In this document: positions 36,753 to 48,467 of the stretch, in pieces
Position numbering within the stretch: position 1 is the first letter of the stretch
Layout: each line of letters begins with the position of its first letter
Source: Blasia pusilla
Lineage: Eukaryota
Assembly (NCBI GenBank): GCA_050084515.1
Contig: CM114271.1
Coordinates: 1-64,000, forward strand
Length of the DNA stretch: 64,000 nucleotides
Reading direction: 5' to 3'
Notes under the pieces: generated by a model
Databases searched by the model: none
Told to the model about the DNA's origin: nothing
Seen by the model: the letters and a program-made list of their open reading frames with translations, nothing else
Position numbers and translations under genes: made by a program

Positions 36753-38500
36753 ATGTGGGTGGTTTCTCCAATCGATCATGGATGCTCAGTGGTGCTTCAT
36801 GCATCATCGCCCCCTCCCAAGGCATGGGAGTGGTTGAGGTCCCACCCTGGCAGCATCACAGGTCTCTTTGAGACCCGTTTTCCCTGCCCGAGGTTGTTTC
36901 ATAGGATCCCCCATGCTATTCCGGATGCGCTTTGCCAGTCTTTCCTCCCTCCCTTATCTAGGATCGCACTTGATCCTATGGATGAGCTCTCCTGGTATCT
37001 ACTACCTCTCCTTCCACGATGGTGTCTTCGCTATACCCGAGGAGGGAAGGCTGGCCATAGAGAGGTTGTGGCCCGATTGCGGCGCTTCCGAGGAGGTGAT
37101 TGGGAGTCTCTGCAGAGTGAGTTCGTGGCATATGCCAGAGGTAGCACTCCACGTGGTTTCCTAGTAGACGATCTTGTAGCTCCCAGATTGCGACGATGTA
37201 GGAGACTTGGGAGAGCTAGGGAGTACTCGCAAAATGCTCGTGCGCTCCGCCCTATGGATATGGCTCCTCCTTCCGCTATTACTATCGACGCCCTCCGGAG
37301 GCTCCACCCTCGTCCACTGGTTGACATCCCAACATTTGTACATGACTTCCATCCTGACACGACCTTATGCCTAGACCCATCCCTCTTTCCACGGGCACTC
37401 AAGCATTCCCCTAGGATAGCAGCTAGAGGGTTGTCCGGTATGATGTACGAACACCTTGGTGATTGCTTTCCCTCCGAGGACTCAGCTAGCGGCTTTTCTG
37501 AGTTGCTTCAGGTTGCCTCTCACCTACCTTAGGGGAGAGTTCCAACAGTAGTAGCCCACGTATTGGGGGCGGGGTGACTTTTGGCGTTATCGAAGGAGGG
37601 TGGAGGGATCCGTCCGATTGCCATAGGGGAGGTGCTCTTGCGGTTGGTGAGTTGCACTATCGCTTTGCAGTTCCGTGAGGCTTTCAATACATCCGAGTCC
37701 GCACTTTTGATTCGGAGTTGCTACGTGAGCCGGTTGTGAGGCTGTAGCCTTAGGTTTGAGGGCTTGTTTAGATATACATCCCAAGTGGGTGGTTCTCCAA
37801 GTTGATGTGGAGAACGCCTTTAACTCACTGTATCGGGCAGCTATCTTCACGGAGCTGAGAGACGCAAGGGGTCCCATAGCGAGCCTGATTCCCTTCGTGC
37901 ATGCTTTTTATGGGGCCCCCTCGGCTCTCTATTTTCACCACGGTAGGTTCGAGGAGGAGGTCACGGTCTTGGAGTCTGCTATTGGGACGCGTCAGGATGA
38001 TCCCTTGGGTGGTGCATTGTTTGCTTTGGCTCATTATCTAGCAGTTCTTTCTAATGTGGAGGCTTTTGTGGGTTGCATTTTCCCTTCTTTGGCACATGAT
38101 ACTCACATTGTCGGCCCTGGAGACTTGGTTGTTCCTGCATTTCAGCAGTTTTCAGCATAGTTGGCACACATTGGCCTTGCGGTGAAGGTGGGAAAGTGCA
38201 AGGCATGGTCTTCATTAGGCTTGTCAGCATATATTCATTTACCCGACGGTATTTTGACACCTGCTCGAGGGCTTCGCGTCTAGGGAGTCCCACTCGGGAG
38301 CCAAGACTTTGTATCGAGTTTTGTGGCGGCGGCTCTTACCGAGGATCTTCTTCATGTCGAGGATCTCACGAGGACTTGTGACCCTCAAGTAGCTTATGGA
38401 ATCCTCTCGTAATGTTATGCCCGTAGACCTGGTTATCTGTGTAGAACCGTGTGGGCGACTAGCCATATTTCTTCCTTGTATGGATCCTTTGATAGAAAGA
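36753..38500 (+). mobile_element. Non-LTR retrotransposon RT pseudogene, CRE-clade-like, 3'-truncated
   Basis: ARGLSGMMYEHL; KEGGGIRPIAIGEVLLRLV; LQVDVENAFNS; GTRQDDPLG; FPSLAHDTHIVG (degenerate ADD); GLAVKVGKC; GVPLGS. Confidence 0.85.
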
Positions 38501-38504
38501 TTAT

Positions 38505-41160
38505 GCAAGATTGGAGAACTTTGAAAGTTGTACACACACATTTGAGTTTCATTTGGAAATTCTGTCATTGGGCTGAGCAGATTACCATGCATCATCGCAC
38601 GCTGATGGCCAGCTGGCTTGTTCTCGAATCGCATGATCCTCAACTGTCAAATGACAACATAGGTAGAAACGGTGTCAAGGAAAATTAAATCAATCCTGGA
38701 AACTGCATGGAAAGGATCGGCTCTAACAAGTCAAAGTCAAGACATTCCGTTGAATAGCATCTGTCGACTAAGTTAAATTTGTGGCTATTATTCCTGATAT
38801 AGCGGGGTTGGCACTCTTTAAGAAAGCTTGCTTTCATCTCCAGCTAGGCTTCCCAACAAGTTGGACTTGATCTACTGATTCTTCTTCTTTTCTTCGTTGG
38901 TCACGGGCCTGACAAAACTTCCGAGTACTATCGTAGAATTCTGGCCCGGCATTTTTGTTTTCTTGAAGATCGCCTTCCAAGTTCTCAGTCTGGAATCTTG
39001 ATGTGTGCGAGTTTCCGGCAGGGATATGTGACAAAACATCAGGGGAGCAGCAATTCATTTTGTTCAAGGTCGACTTCCAAGTTCTCCGTCTAGAATCTGG
39101 AAGTTTGTCTCCGACCGGGTTATGTGACAAAACATCGGGGAAGCAATACTTCAGTCTTAGAAGTGTTTTATTTCATCAAATGCATGTTCATGTAATGAAC
39201 CGTAAAAACGGATCACTTTATGACATGAATTATGGTCAAAAAACATCCCACATACGTGTGAACTTTGAAGTTTTTCCTCTTACGCTCAATCCAAATATAG
39301 ATTTGTGCTTCAAAGTTTAACTGTTCAACGTAGAGCCACGGCTATCTATGGGTGTCGGCCTCACGGGGTGTCAACTTTGAATCTTTGAGCCGCACCTAGA
39401 TTGCGACAACCTTAAAGTCGACGCCCGGTCGGGCAAGGTAAGATTCATAAGAATAGAGGAGGGTCGTCGACTATTATTGGTCTACTATTTTGTGTGAGGA
39501 CTCAGTCACACTCTTTGTCTACGTAGTGTAAAGTGAACGTTGGTTTCGAATAGATGTGGACGTCAATTCATGGGAAAAACGTACTGCCCGGGCATACCAA
39601 ACTTGGAAAGTACAAAATGAGGCAAAAGTGGGATTCATTGCATCGGATAACATAAGTCATTGGATAAGAAGTAATATGCAGACATACAACAATAACAATA
39701 CATATAACCGTGATACTGCCCTTAAGAGTTAGTTTCTTTCACGCATCTGGACTTCATTTTTCTCTTACATTAGTAAATCACCAAGCCTTCTTCTAGTTAA
39801 CAGGATTTGGTTCATTATAGACAGCAGTGAGAAATGTCTTAATATTTGAAAATGATTGTCACTGAGCCTGTCACTGTTTCAATTTGTAGTTTCAAAATGT
39901 GGCGAATATCAACGGTCGGTTCACAAATCGTAAGTTTAAACTCTGAGAAATCGTAAGTTGAAAGTGTGAGAAATAGAAAGACTTCCGTATCTTGATGGGG
40001 TTGGTTAAGAACATGGTAATCCATGAAAGTCTGAATCTGAATATGACAAAATTGGAAGATATAGTACAAGACAAGGTGTAATACAAATTATAAAAGAAGA
40101 ATATTCGGTTCATGATATAAGACCAGACCTGAAATCGACCCATCAAGAGGAAATTCACTAGGGGCGACCATTTTTCTTCCCCGATATTTCTCAAAGATCA
40201 CTCTTCACCTACTTCTTGACCTTAGTCACCTTACTACTTGTCTCGTCGAAATTTCACCGCAACTACTATGATTTTCTACTCTATTTAATTCTTTTGTTAT
40301 TTCCTGTTTCAATTTTTTGTTTTACGAAATTTCTAAGTGGAACCGTAATTTGGTAGCTTTCAATAAAGAGGTTTGATTGACGGATCCCAACTCTTAACTT
40401 ATTAATGTCCGCCATGATGAATAATCCTAATCCTGCTCCATTTTTTTTTGACAAGTGGTTTATTTCCGGTTTCGACGGGGCCCTACAAGGAGTTTATAAT
40501 CGAATTCATGACAAACATCAATTTATCTTCCTAATCATTGAGATGTACCATTGAAATGTACCTGAAAGAGGTTTGACTCGATTTTACGAATTTCGCTCAA
40601 CATCTCCGGTCCAAAAATGGGTCCTTAACCACTCTATTCTTTATTGTAGGGTCCTCTCTTTGAATCAATGGAGGACCGAAAAATCAATAGATCCGAAAGC
40701 CTATATGCAAAGAGGATTCTATACGTCTGTTCTAGAGCCACTAAAAGATGCGTTACAAGTGTTCCGATCGAGCACCTTATAGATACCCCGCTCAAAGCCA
40801 ATTCGGAATAAGTTTCAGTTCGATCGTGATTTGCAGGAGAAGTACAAATCTGGAGAGCCTCTGGAGTACCCGCTTACTCCCACCAACACCAGGTTATCCC
40901 GCTACAATGGACATGAAATGTTCTTGCACCTATCTCGTAAGACACCCGTCTTTCCTTCAAACGAATTGGCAGACAGCTGAGAAATTGGAAGCCAGGAGGA
41001 GAAGAAGCATGCCGTCGAACAAGAACTCATTGATGAGGGCATGACGATGAGGTTTGGGTGGGGAGGAAACAAAATCAAAACCGGAGCTTGCCGGAGAAAG
41101 GGGTTGTTCTGGAGGTGGATTGAAGGATGCCCAAAGACTGAAAACCCGACTAAATTAACC
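38505..41160 (-). repeat. Inverted third copy of the segmental duplication (blocks X and Y, no peptide gene)
   Basis: Reverse-complement similarity to 32405-33400, 8380-9330 and 22580-23050. Confidence 0.85.
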
Positions 41161-41994
41161 GCACGAAAATCGTGCCCAATCCCTATAATCCTGTGGGACA
41201 TACTCTCGTTGCGACAGATGATCTTCAGCCGAATTTTGAAGCCGACGTTCGGCTGTGAGCGGTGTGCGATTCGACGTGATTTCGTTGCATTTGAAAACGG
41301 AGTTTTCGAGCCGTGCGGTGAACTCACAGTACGGCTCGAGTGTCGAGAACGACGTAGAAGAAACTCAAGCGAATCGCATCCAATCCAGTTTCTGTGGATT
41401 ACTTCGGATTGTGAATCGTGGAAAAGGGTTTTAGACACTTTGTTCATTTATCATTCGGCTGGTGTGGATAAATTCACTTGAAACGTGTGCCCACCAAAAG
41501 CCAACGTACTAACTATGACTTGCGTGACCCAACTGTCACCTGCCCCACCAAATGAGACAATTTTCAAACGAGACCGTGTGTCAACTTTCAGGAGGCCGTT
41601 ATAGGCGTCTGCACACGTGGCCAGAACAAAGTAATGGCCTGAGCGCGCGCCGCGCGTGGTGATACATTGCTGACTTACAGAAGACTACCCAGTGTCCAAA
41701 CCTACATGACGAACGAGGCTCCGACAGGTTTTTTGTAGTACCCCCATATTGAATGAGAGCCACAAGCTCGATGAGAGCAATTACGGCACTTGGCATGATG
41801 AAGGACATTCTGATGGCATATGATACAATATGGATGCTCTGGCCACTAAAGACTTCAATAAGAAAGGCTCTCCGAATTCTGATGTTGTCTTATGATGATG
41901 TCAAGGAGAGACTCTCAAATCCTTCATTTGAAACATGCTTTCAAATGCAAAGACTTGGAATGTATTTGAAGCGGTTCATGCTAGCACAAGCATG

Positions 41995-42245
41995 ACCAGA
42001 AAACTGGTATTGCAAAGACGAATTTACTCAATGAAGATGAGCTCGACCTCGACTATGCATTCTCACCTCAGCATTATGAAAACATGGCGGCCACTATGAT
42101 GAATAGTGTGACCCAAGACTCCTACGGGGACTTCATAAACTCTCTAGCCCTGAGAGAGAGGACGCCTACTTTTCCTGAACTATGCACACTCCTACTTGAC
42201 GAAGAGAGGAGACGCAACGACCTTGCTGCCCAAGGAGGACAAGAG
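41995..42245 (+). pseudogene. Copia gag (UBN2-like) fragment
   Basis: KLVLQRRIYSMKM... and DSYGDFINSLALRERTPTFPELCTLLLDEERR. Confidence 0.6.
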
Positions 42246-42249
42246 TCGG

Positions 42250-42666
42250 GACTCTCAAGATGGTGCGCCTTGCACTCACATTGAACGTCGTGGGTGCCGT
42301 GTGTTGCAAGTAGACATAGTCTCCCTAATGAAACCTCCAAATAGTAGGTGGATAACCACCTCCCTGAATAGTTGCATTCTTCAAAGTATCTCGATGTTGT
42401 GCAATCACCAAGTTCTCAAACGCCATGGGCATCACTCTCCGAAATAACTCAGCCCTCTGAGAATATACTCGCATCCATAAATCAGGGTCATCAAGGTTCA
42501 ACACCTCACCAACATCTCTACGAATGGCCGCAAGTAAATTTGGCTCTCGACCATAAAAAAGCAAGTACGGTGAGAAAGTCGCTAAGGATGCTTGCATGTT
42601 GAATTTGTATCCCATCACCAACCACGGCAACTGAAGGTCCCAATCTCCTAGGTGACTTCTCTGCAA
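42250..42666 (-). pseudogene. Ty3/gypsy integrase C-terminal fragment
   Basis: DWDLQLPWLVMGY...FSPYLLFYGREP...AFENLVIAQHRD...RFH*GDYVYL. Confidence 0.85.
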
Positions 42667-42671
42667 GCCAT

Positions 42672-42962
42672 CAGTAGAAGAAAACAGTGGTTTTTATGAC
42701 TAGAATTGAACTGATTGAGGTTCTTCAGGACTTGAATATATGACTAGAATGTCCTCTGGTCATACAATAGTCATATCTTTCACCAAAAGAAGGAAATATT
42801 AGTCATATTAGAACATTACTAAGTCCTACAATAAGTCTGGGTGATAGTTTAGTAATATATGAAATGACTTAATAATCTTTTAGTGATATATAAGCAAGAT
42901 GTCTCAACTTCTAGTCATGTAAAATAGCAATATGACTCAATGACATGGATTTTTCTAGTTTG
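42672..42962. mobile_element. CACTA-like terminal region with subterminal repeats
   Basis: Begins CAGTAGAAGAAAA (CACTA-like). ATGACT/AGTCAT recurs at least 7 times in both orientations; similar motifs occur at ~60820-60925. Confidence 0.45.
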
Positions 42963-43642
42963 TTATTAATTTTAACATAGTTTTTCATTAGATATAAATA
43001 TAGATATAAACTCACACTACTTTGTACTAAAAACATGGAAAAAAATTGGATGATAGATTTTATTCCTACCATTGGAGGGCAATATGAAGCGGGAGCAAAA
43101 ATTAATAGGGTCTCACTAAGAGGGCGGGAAGCTTGGAGAAACCAAGGAAGAGATAGTACATACTAGACCGCGGCAAACAAGGGGGCGCGCGCGAACTAAG
43201 GAACTTGGTGCAAACATAGAGACAAATGACTCGTGCGCGGGAGGGAAAGGGATTGAGATAGGGTTTAGTGTGAGTTACATTGCTTTCTTGTGTGCACCAA
43301 CTCAAGGTGTTTCAAATATTTGAGAGCTATTGTTTAGGTGATATGAGTGTGGGTGAGATCAGGTTAAAGCAATTTTGGTCCTCCATTGTATACTTTTTGT
43401 ACTTGAGCGAAAAGAGAAGATCGCAGTCGCGACAAGTTTAGAGAAGAGAAGATGAGGGAGACCAATTATACCTATTTTGGGAGAGGGGAGAGGAGCTAAT
43501 GCTGTTGGCACTTTTCGAAACAAGTTCAGAGAGATCTAGATGAAGGTGTTGTTTACTTCTCTGGATGGGCGTAAGAACAAGACCGGCAACCTTTTTTGCA
43601 AGGTGAATTAGTTCACCTTAGACATGAGGTTCAATTTTGGAA

Positions 43643-43807
<165 letters not shown>

Positions 43808-45165
43808 GCTTCGCCTACTCTCTTGAGAGCTCCCATATACGCATTCTGCTGCACCATCTTTGTTTTGCTTGACATTCCTCAGCTGTGTTCATGATACAGA
43901 GACGTCTTTGCTGCTCTCCTCTGCTTTTGGCAGCTCAGGTTGTCAAGTTCACTTCATAGATTCGAACTACTGCAACGAAATGTGACTCGCTGCAAGTGAA
44001 GTTAAAGGTACTCATGGGTAGTGTTGATTAGTTTAATCAAACAGCTGGTGCCCAAACTACTGAAGAAAATGAGAGAACTTAGAAAGATCTTGAATGTAAT
44101 AATATCACTTCTTTAAACGACCGGGTGATATCCCTGTCTATGCGTGTGTTTGCGCGGAAGTGCTCGATCATTTGCACTATTTTTCTTGCCTTGTAGAATC
44201 CACATCACCGATGAAATTAGTGATATCCGGACTTGGAGATTTTCTCTTGGAAGTCAAAGATGTAGATAAAGTTCCCCGCAATATCTACAACTATTGTTCC
44301 TACTGCATTTTCAATAGCTTTGCTTCTTCAGGAAAGTTGGTGAAGTCTAGTGTAGGTGTGACACTTTTTGAAATTCTCTGCTCAAACTCCTTGACTCATT
44401 CATTGACATGGTCTATCATTGAATTCACAAGATCCTCCATATCAAATTGCAGTTTCCGCTGCTCTCTCAAACTTTTCATTTGCAAAGTCTGAGAATCGGT
44501 TCCCCTTGAACTTTGAGTCTCACTACCTTGTAGCCTTGCATTTGTGAAAGGAGCAAAAGCCAATGCTTGTGAGTTCTTTGAAATTGGTTCAACCTTAGTT
44601 GTATCTATAATTATAATTTCCTCATGCGTCTCTGGAGATGCAATAAAATTTTCAGACTTACAAGGTGGAGTTGGGCTCTACCTCGTCATAGACCTCCTAA
44701 GTTTCTTCAAGTCATGTTGTAGCTGATACAAGTACTCATTTTTTTTTCGAGCTGCACTTGATAATATTGCAGCCCCTGAAGTAGTCAGTCTCTCTCATGT
44801 GCCCAAGAAGCATCCTCTCATGCAACCCACCAATTCTATGGAGTTCCTGATTTCCAGGCCCAAAGGTTCTAAGGGTCCTTTCATCTCGCTTAAGGTGGAG
44901 TTGGCTCTCTCCATGTATTGCCCTAGCCTCAAACTCACTACAACAGACTTGAATTAAATTGTTCAAATTATTGTTGAATAATTTGAACATTTCTTTCCAG
45001 TTCCTTCCAAAGATCCAACATATTTAGCGGTCTCCTTAAGATCTTCTAAGCTTTCCTTGTGAAGTTCTTCTATTATGCCTTCCAAATATATACATCTCTT
45101 AGACAACTCTTGAACCTTCTTCATCAAATTCTCTATTTCTTTCTCGAGATTAGAGATTCTCTTGC

Positions 45166-45249
45166 TTTGACTCCTCAACTTTTCAATCGGATTCCTATTC
45201 AGCAATGCAAGCCTGAATAGGAATCCGATTGAAAAGTTGAGGAGTCAAA
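45166..45249. repeat. Perfect 37-bp inverted repeat with 10-nt loop
   Basis: TTTGACTCCTCAACTTTTCAATCGGATTCCTATTCAG - CAATGCAAGC - exact reverse complement. Confidence 0.97.
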
Positions 45250-45866
45250 AATTCAGTTGGGTCTTTTCGTAACATGGGTTTCTTAGCTACTTTCCCATTT
45301 AGTCTTGGGCCATCATTGTGGGTCCCATTTTGAGTTTCAATTGAAAAGTCTGGGGAAAGCCTTGAGTTTCTTTCAAGCCTCGAATTTGTTTCTTAGCTTA
45401 GCAAATGAGTGTTGTAAGATCTATGTAATTCCTTCTCCATGGTCTTTATAGCTTCACCTTTGATGAGTAAACATTCGCTATGAGGATCGAAGCGGTAAGA
45501 GCTCTATGTGCATCATCAAGCACTTTGTCACACTGCTCTAGCCGCAAATAGACTTGTGCTCTATTTGTGTAAGCTAATTCACCGTGTTGACGGATCCCAC
45601 CTTCATGGGGATAACATAGAGCTTCCCATGGATCACTCTCCCGACATGACGCTTGCCCAATGTGATCTCAGGCAGAATAATATTCTTCAAGCCTTGACAA
45701 TGTATCTACTAACATGTTATCCTTGCAGTTCAACTTGCAGTGCGTGAAGAGGTTGTTGAAGTGGAGGACGGCGCAATCGTGGGTCAGTTCAGAACGAGTT
45801 CCCACTCCGATTGGCGACGAGTCAAATCCAGGTAAGGGCTCTAAATCCATATACAATTTGCCCTAC

Positions 45867-47056
45867 TCCGACGGGTTGCATCTCTGCATGCAGCCCGTCG
45901 GATTGTCTGAGCTGGTAACTGCGGTGTTGCAATCCGTCTGAAAGCGACGGTTTGCAAATTTACCACAAGTCTCCATTGGATGAATGCGACCCGTCGAAAA
46001 CCGACGGGTTGCAAGTGCTTATGCTTTTCCTTGTGTTTTTGGAATGATGCAACTTGACCGAGAAAGCGACGGGTTGCTCTTAGCCAACCATGGGCTGCTC
46101 TAAGCCAGCAACGTGTCGACTTCCGACGGGTTGCTCATGGCAAAAAAAATCACTAACACTTGTAAAACAAGTCGTCGGACTCGATAGGTTGCTCCAATGT
46201 TAGGACTATAACGAAGTTCTCTAGGGTTAAGCAAAGTTCTTTGGGGACGTGTTGCACATTGTGTCACCATACTGAGAGAAGACCAGCATTCAAGTAGCTC
46301 TTTCTTGTTGCTGATATTATTTCCAACCTGCTTCTTTACAGATGGACCACTCCTATATTTACTGCTTTGCTCGGCCCGAGCACAACTTCCAAGTGTTTAA
46401 GATCCTCAATCCAGTGGATCCATGATCCGATGGGTACAACTTAGATAGCTTATACAATTCCCCCTCAGGAATTTACATGCAAGACGGTACCCCCATGCTT
46501 GGAGGAAGGGCAAAGTCGCCAGCCCTCATGCAAACGCTCATCAAGCTCTGCTCAGGGCGTGTGACTTGGTGTTCGACTTAGTGGGCCTTTTAGGGGCGAG
46601 TATTAGAGGCCCTTGGCATAGTGGTAGGAACATTCTCTGCCTTGAGGGAAGGCAAGACATGTTTGACCTTTGCAAAGAGGCAAAGCCAGATTACGACAGG
46701 CTAGTTAGGGCGTACAACTCTCCTCCGAAGCCGAGAGCTCCGGTTCCAGACCCACCATTGGTAGTGACACCATCGTCACTTCCCACGATTTCGAAAATCG
46801 GGAGGGCAAGGTCGACTATAATTCTGGAAGAGCTCTCGGACGATGACTCGTGAGTTCAAAAACTCAAGGACCTAGCTTGACTACAACATTTTGGAGTAGG
46901 GATTTATTTGATGACGAGGCAGAAGAATTCATAGAATAGATCAAACGTAGAGTTCCAAGCTTCCTTAAGATGTAATAAAGGACAAGATTTTTTCGAACGA
47001 TGATGGTGTTTGTAAAATTTTGCTGAGTTGCAACCTGTAAAATTCCGACGGGTTGG
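45867..47056. repeat. Dispersed CCGACGGGTTGC motif cluster (transposon subterminal-like)
   Basis: The motif or close variants occur in both orientations at ~45868, 45893, 45945, 45990, 46001, 46067, 46123, 46182 and 47044. Confidence 0.7.
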
Positions 47057-47820
47057 GAGGGGTGCAGCTTCTCAGTTTCTCAGATTTAGGATCTGAATGA
47101 AGGGACATTAGTTCCTCTTTACTCTAGACAACTAACAATATTTTGGTTCAATTATTGTCTCGTATGTTCACGTTTCACAAAGTTGGTCTTTATTTGAACC
47201 TTTCGTTGAGATGAGATTGCTACTTCTCGTCAAATTATTTGCCAATGGTCCTCCAACAAAAATACCCCTAGGCACAGCTAACTGTAGACTGAGATAGGCA
47301 ATGTGAAGAAACTTAGGCTCTTATGGAGAGTGATGGAAAAATTTTTGTAGTGGTCTTATGATGTCTACTTGTTTTCACCCCTGGAAAAAAGGAGGTTTCT
47401 TTAGGCCCAAATATGGACCACTACCTACTCTCTTCTAAAGATTTCATGAATTTGAAAGCAAACAAAAATTTCAAATATGTCAAAAAGTTTTGAAGAGAGG
47501 AGGCGGATTTGGCCCTTTTTTTTTAAGAGAGACTCTCCTCTCTTCCTCTCCTCTCTTCCTCTATCCTACAAGAGTACCAGCCCTCCTTGTAGGAGAGTTA
47601 GATATGTTCTCCAGCGTACATTTTGGAGAACGTGTCTTTGTTGGGAGACACTCGTGCACGTGTGATGACGAGTGTGCATGAAGTGAGGTCTTGGTTAGGA
47701 CATGCTGTGTTGCTAGATGGAGCGAGAGTTGGATCACGTGCCCATCGTGCATGACTGTGGTGGACGAACTTGATACCATCAGAGGTACTGAGTCAAGCAT
47801 ATGATAAAGTCCAGAGAGCA

Positions 47821-48190
47821 CCACATCTCACAATGGATACTATTTTGGGCTCACGGCGTTGATCTTAGGTGGTGACGCCGGATGATAGACCATTGTTGGC
47901 CATGGCCAATAGGGTGGGGGAGTTGAGGGCAGCCTTACCTACGTTGGTGAGCTTCCCAACATCCCATGCCTTTTGTCAGGGAGGGCCAGGCATGATTTGG
48001 GATGAGGTGACCGGAGCATTGGAGGAGCCTATAGCACATGAGCGCGAGCGCGCCATGGGGTTTGCTACAAGTACTACGGCGGTGCCATGTATCACAGAGG
48101 CATCTCGGAGACAAGTGTTGGGGCAGGCAATGGACCTCAACTGTCTCACATGGATAGCCATCCTAGGTATGGCTGAGCAGAGACGGATGC
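47821..48190 (+). pseudogene. C-terminal part of a C5 cytosine DNA methyltransferase domain within a gypsy pol
   Basis: EEPIAHERERAMGF...T...EASRRQVLGQAMD matches the motif IX-X pattern (E-x-E-R-x-x-G-F...T...R-x-x-L-G). Motifs I-VIII are absent because of 5' truncation. Confidence 0.72.
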
Positions 48191-48467
48191 GAGTGTCATC
48201 CATGTCGTCACGTCCACGAGTTGGACCATTGTCTACAGCGTCTGTAGAGGCATTGGCTGGGAACGGACGAGGAGAGATAGGCACCCATGGACTTCTTGGG
48301 ACGTCGTTCGAGCGGAGAGTGCAAAGGCGTCCAAAGTAGCACATGTTCATTTTTTGGATGTAGAGCATGGTGTAGGAGGTCAGAGTGGAGTGGTTGTTGC
48401 GGAGATGGCTAGGGTTGCTACATAGCAACCAAAGCCAGAGGTTGCGTCCTCTCCAAGTGAGATCACA

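Noticed and set aside
44736-45205. Coiled-coil minus-strand ORFs as a host gene
   Set aside because: Fragmented, no recognisable domain; more likely a decayed TE accessory ORF.
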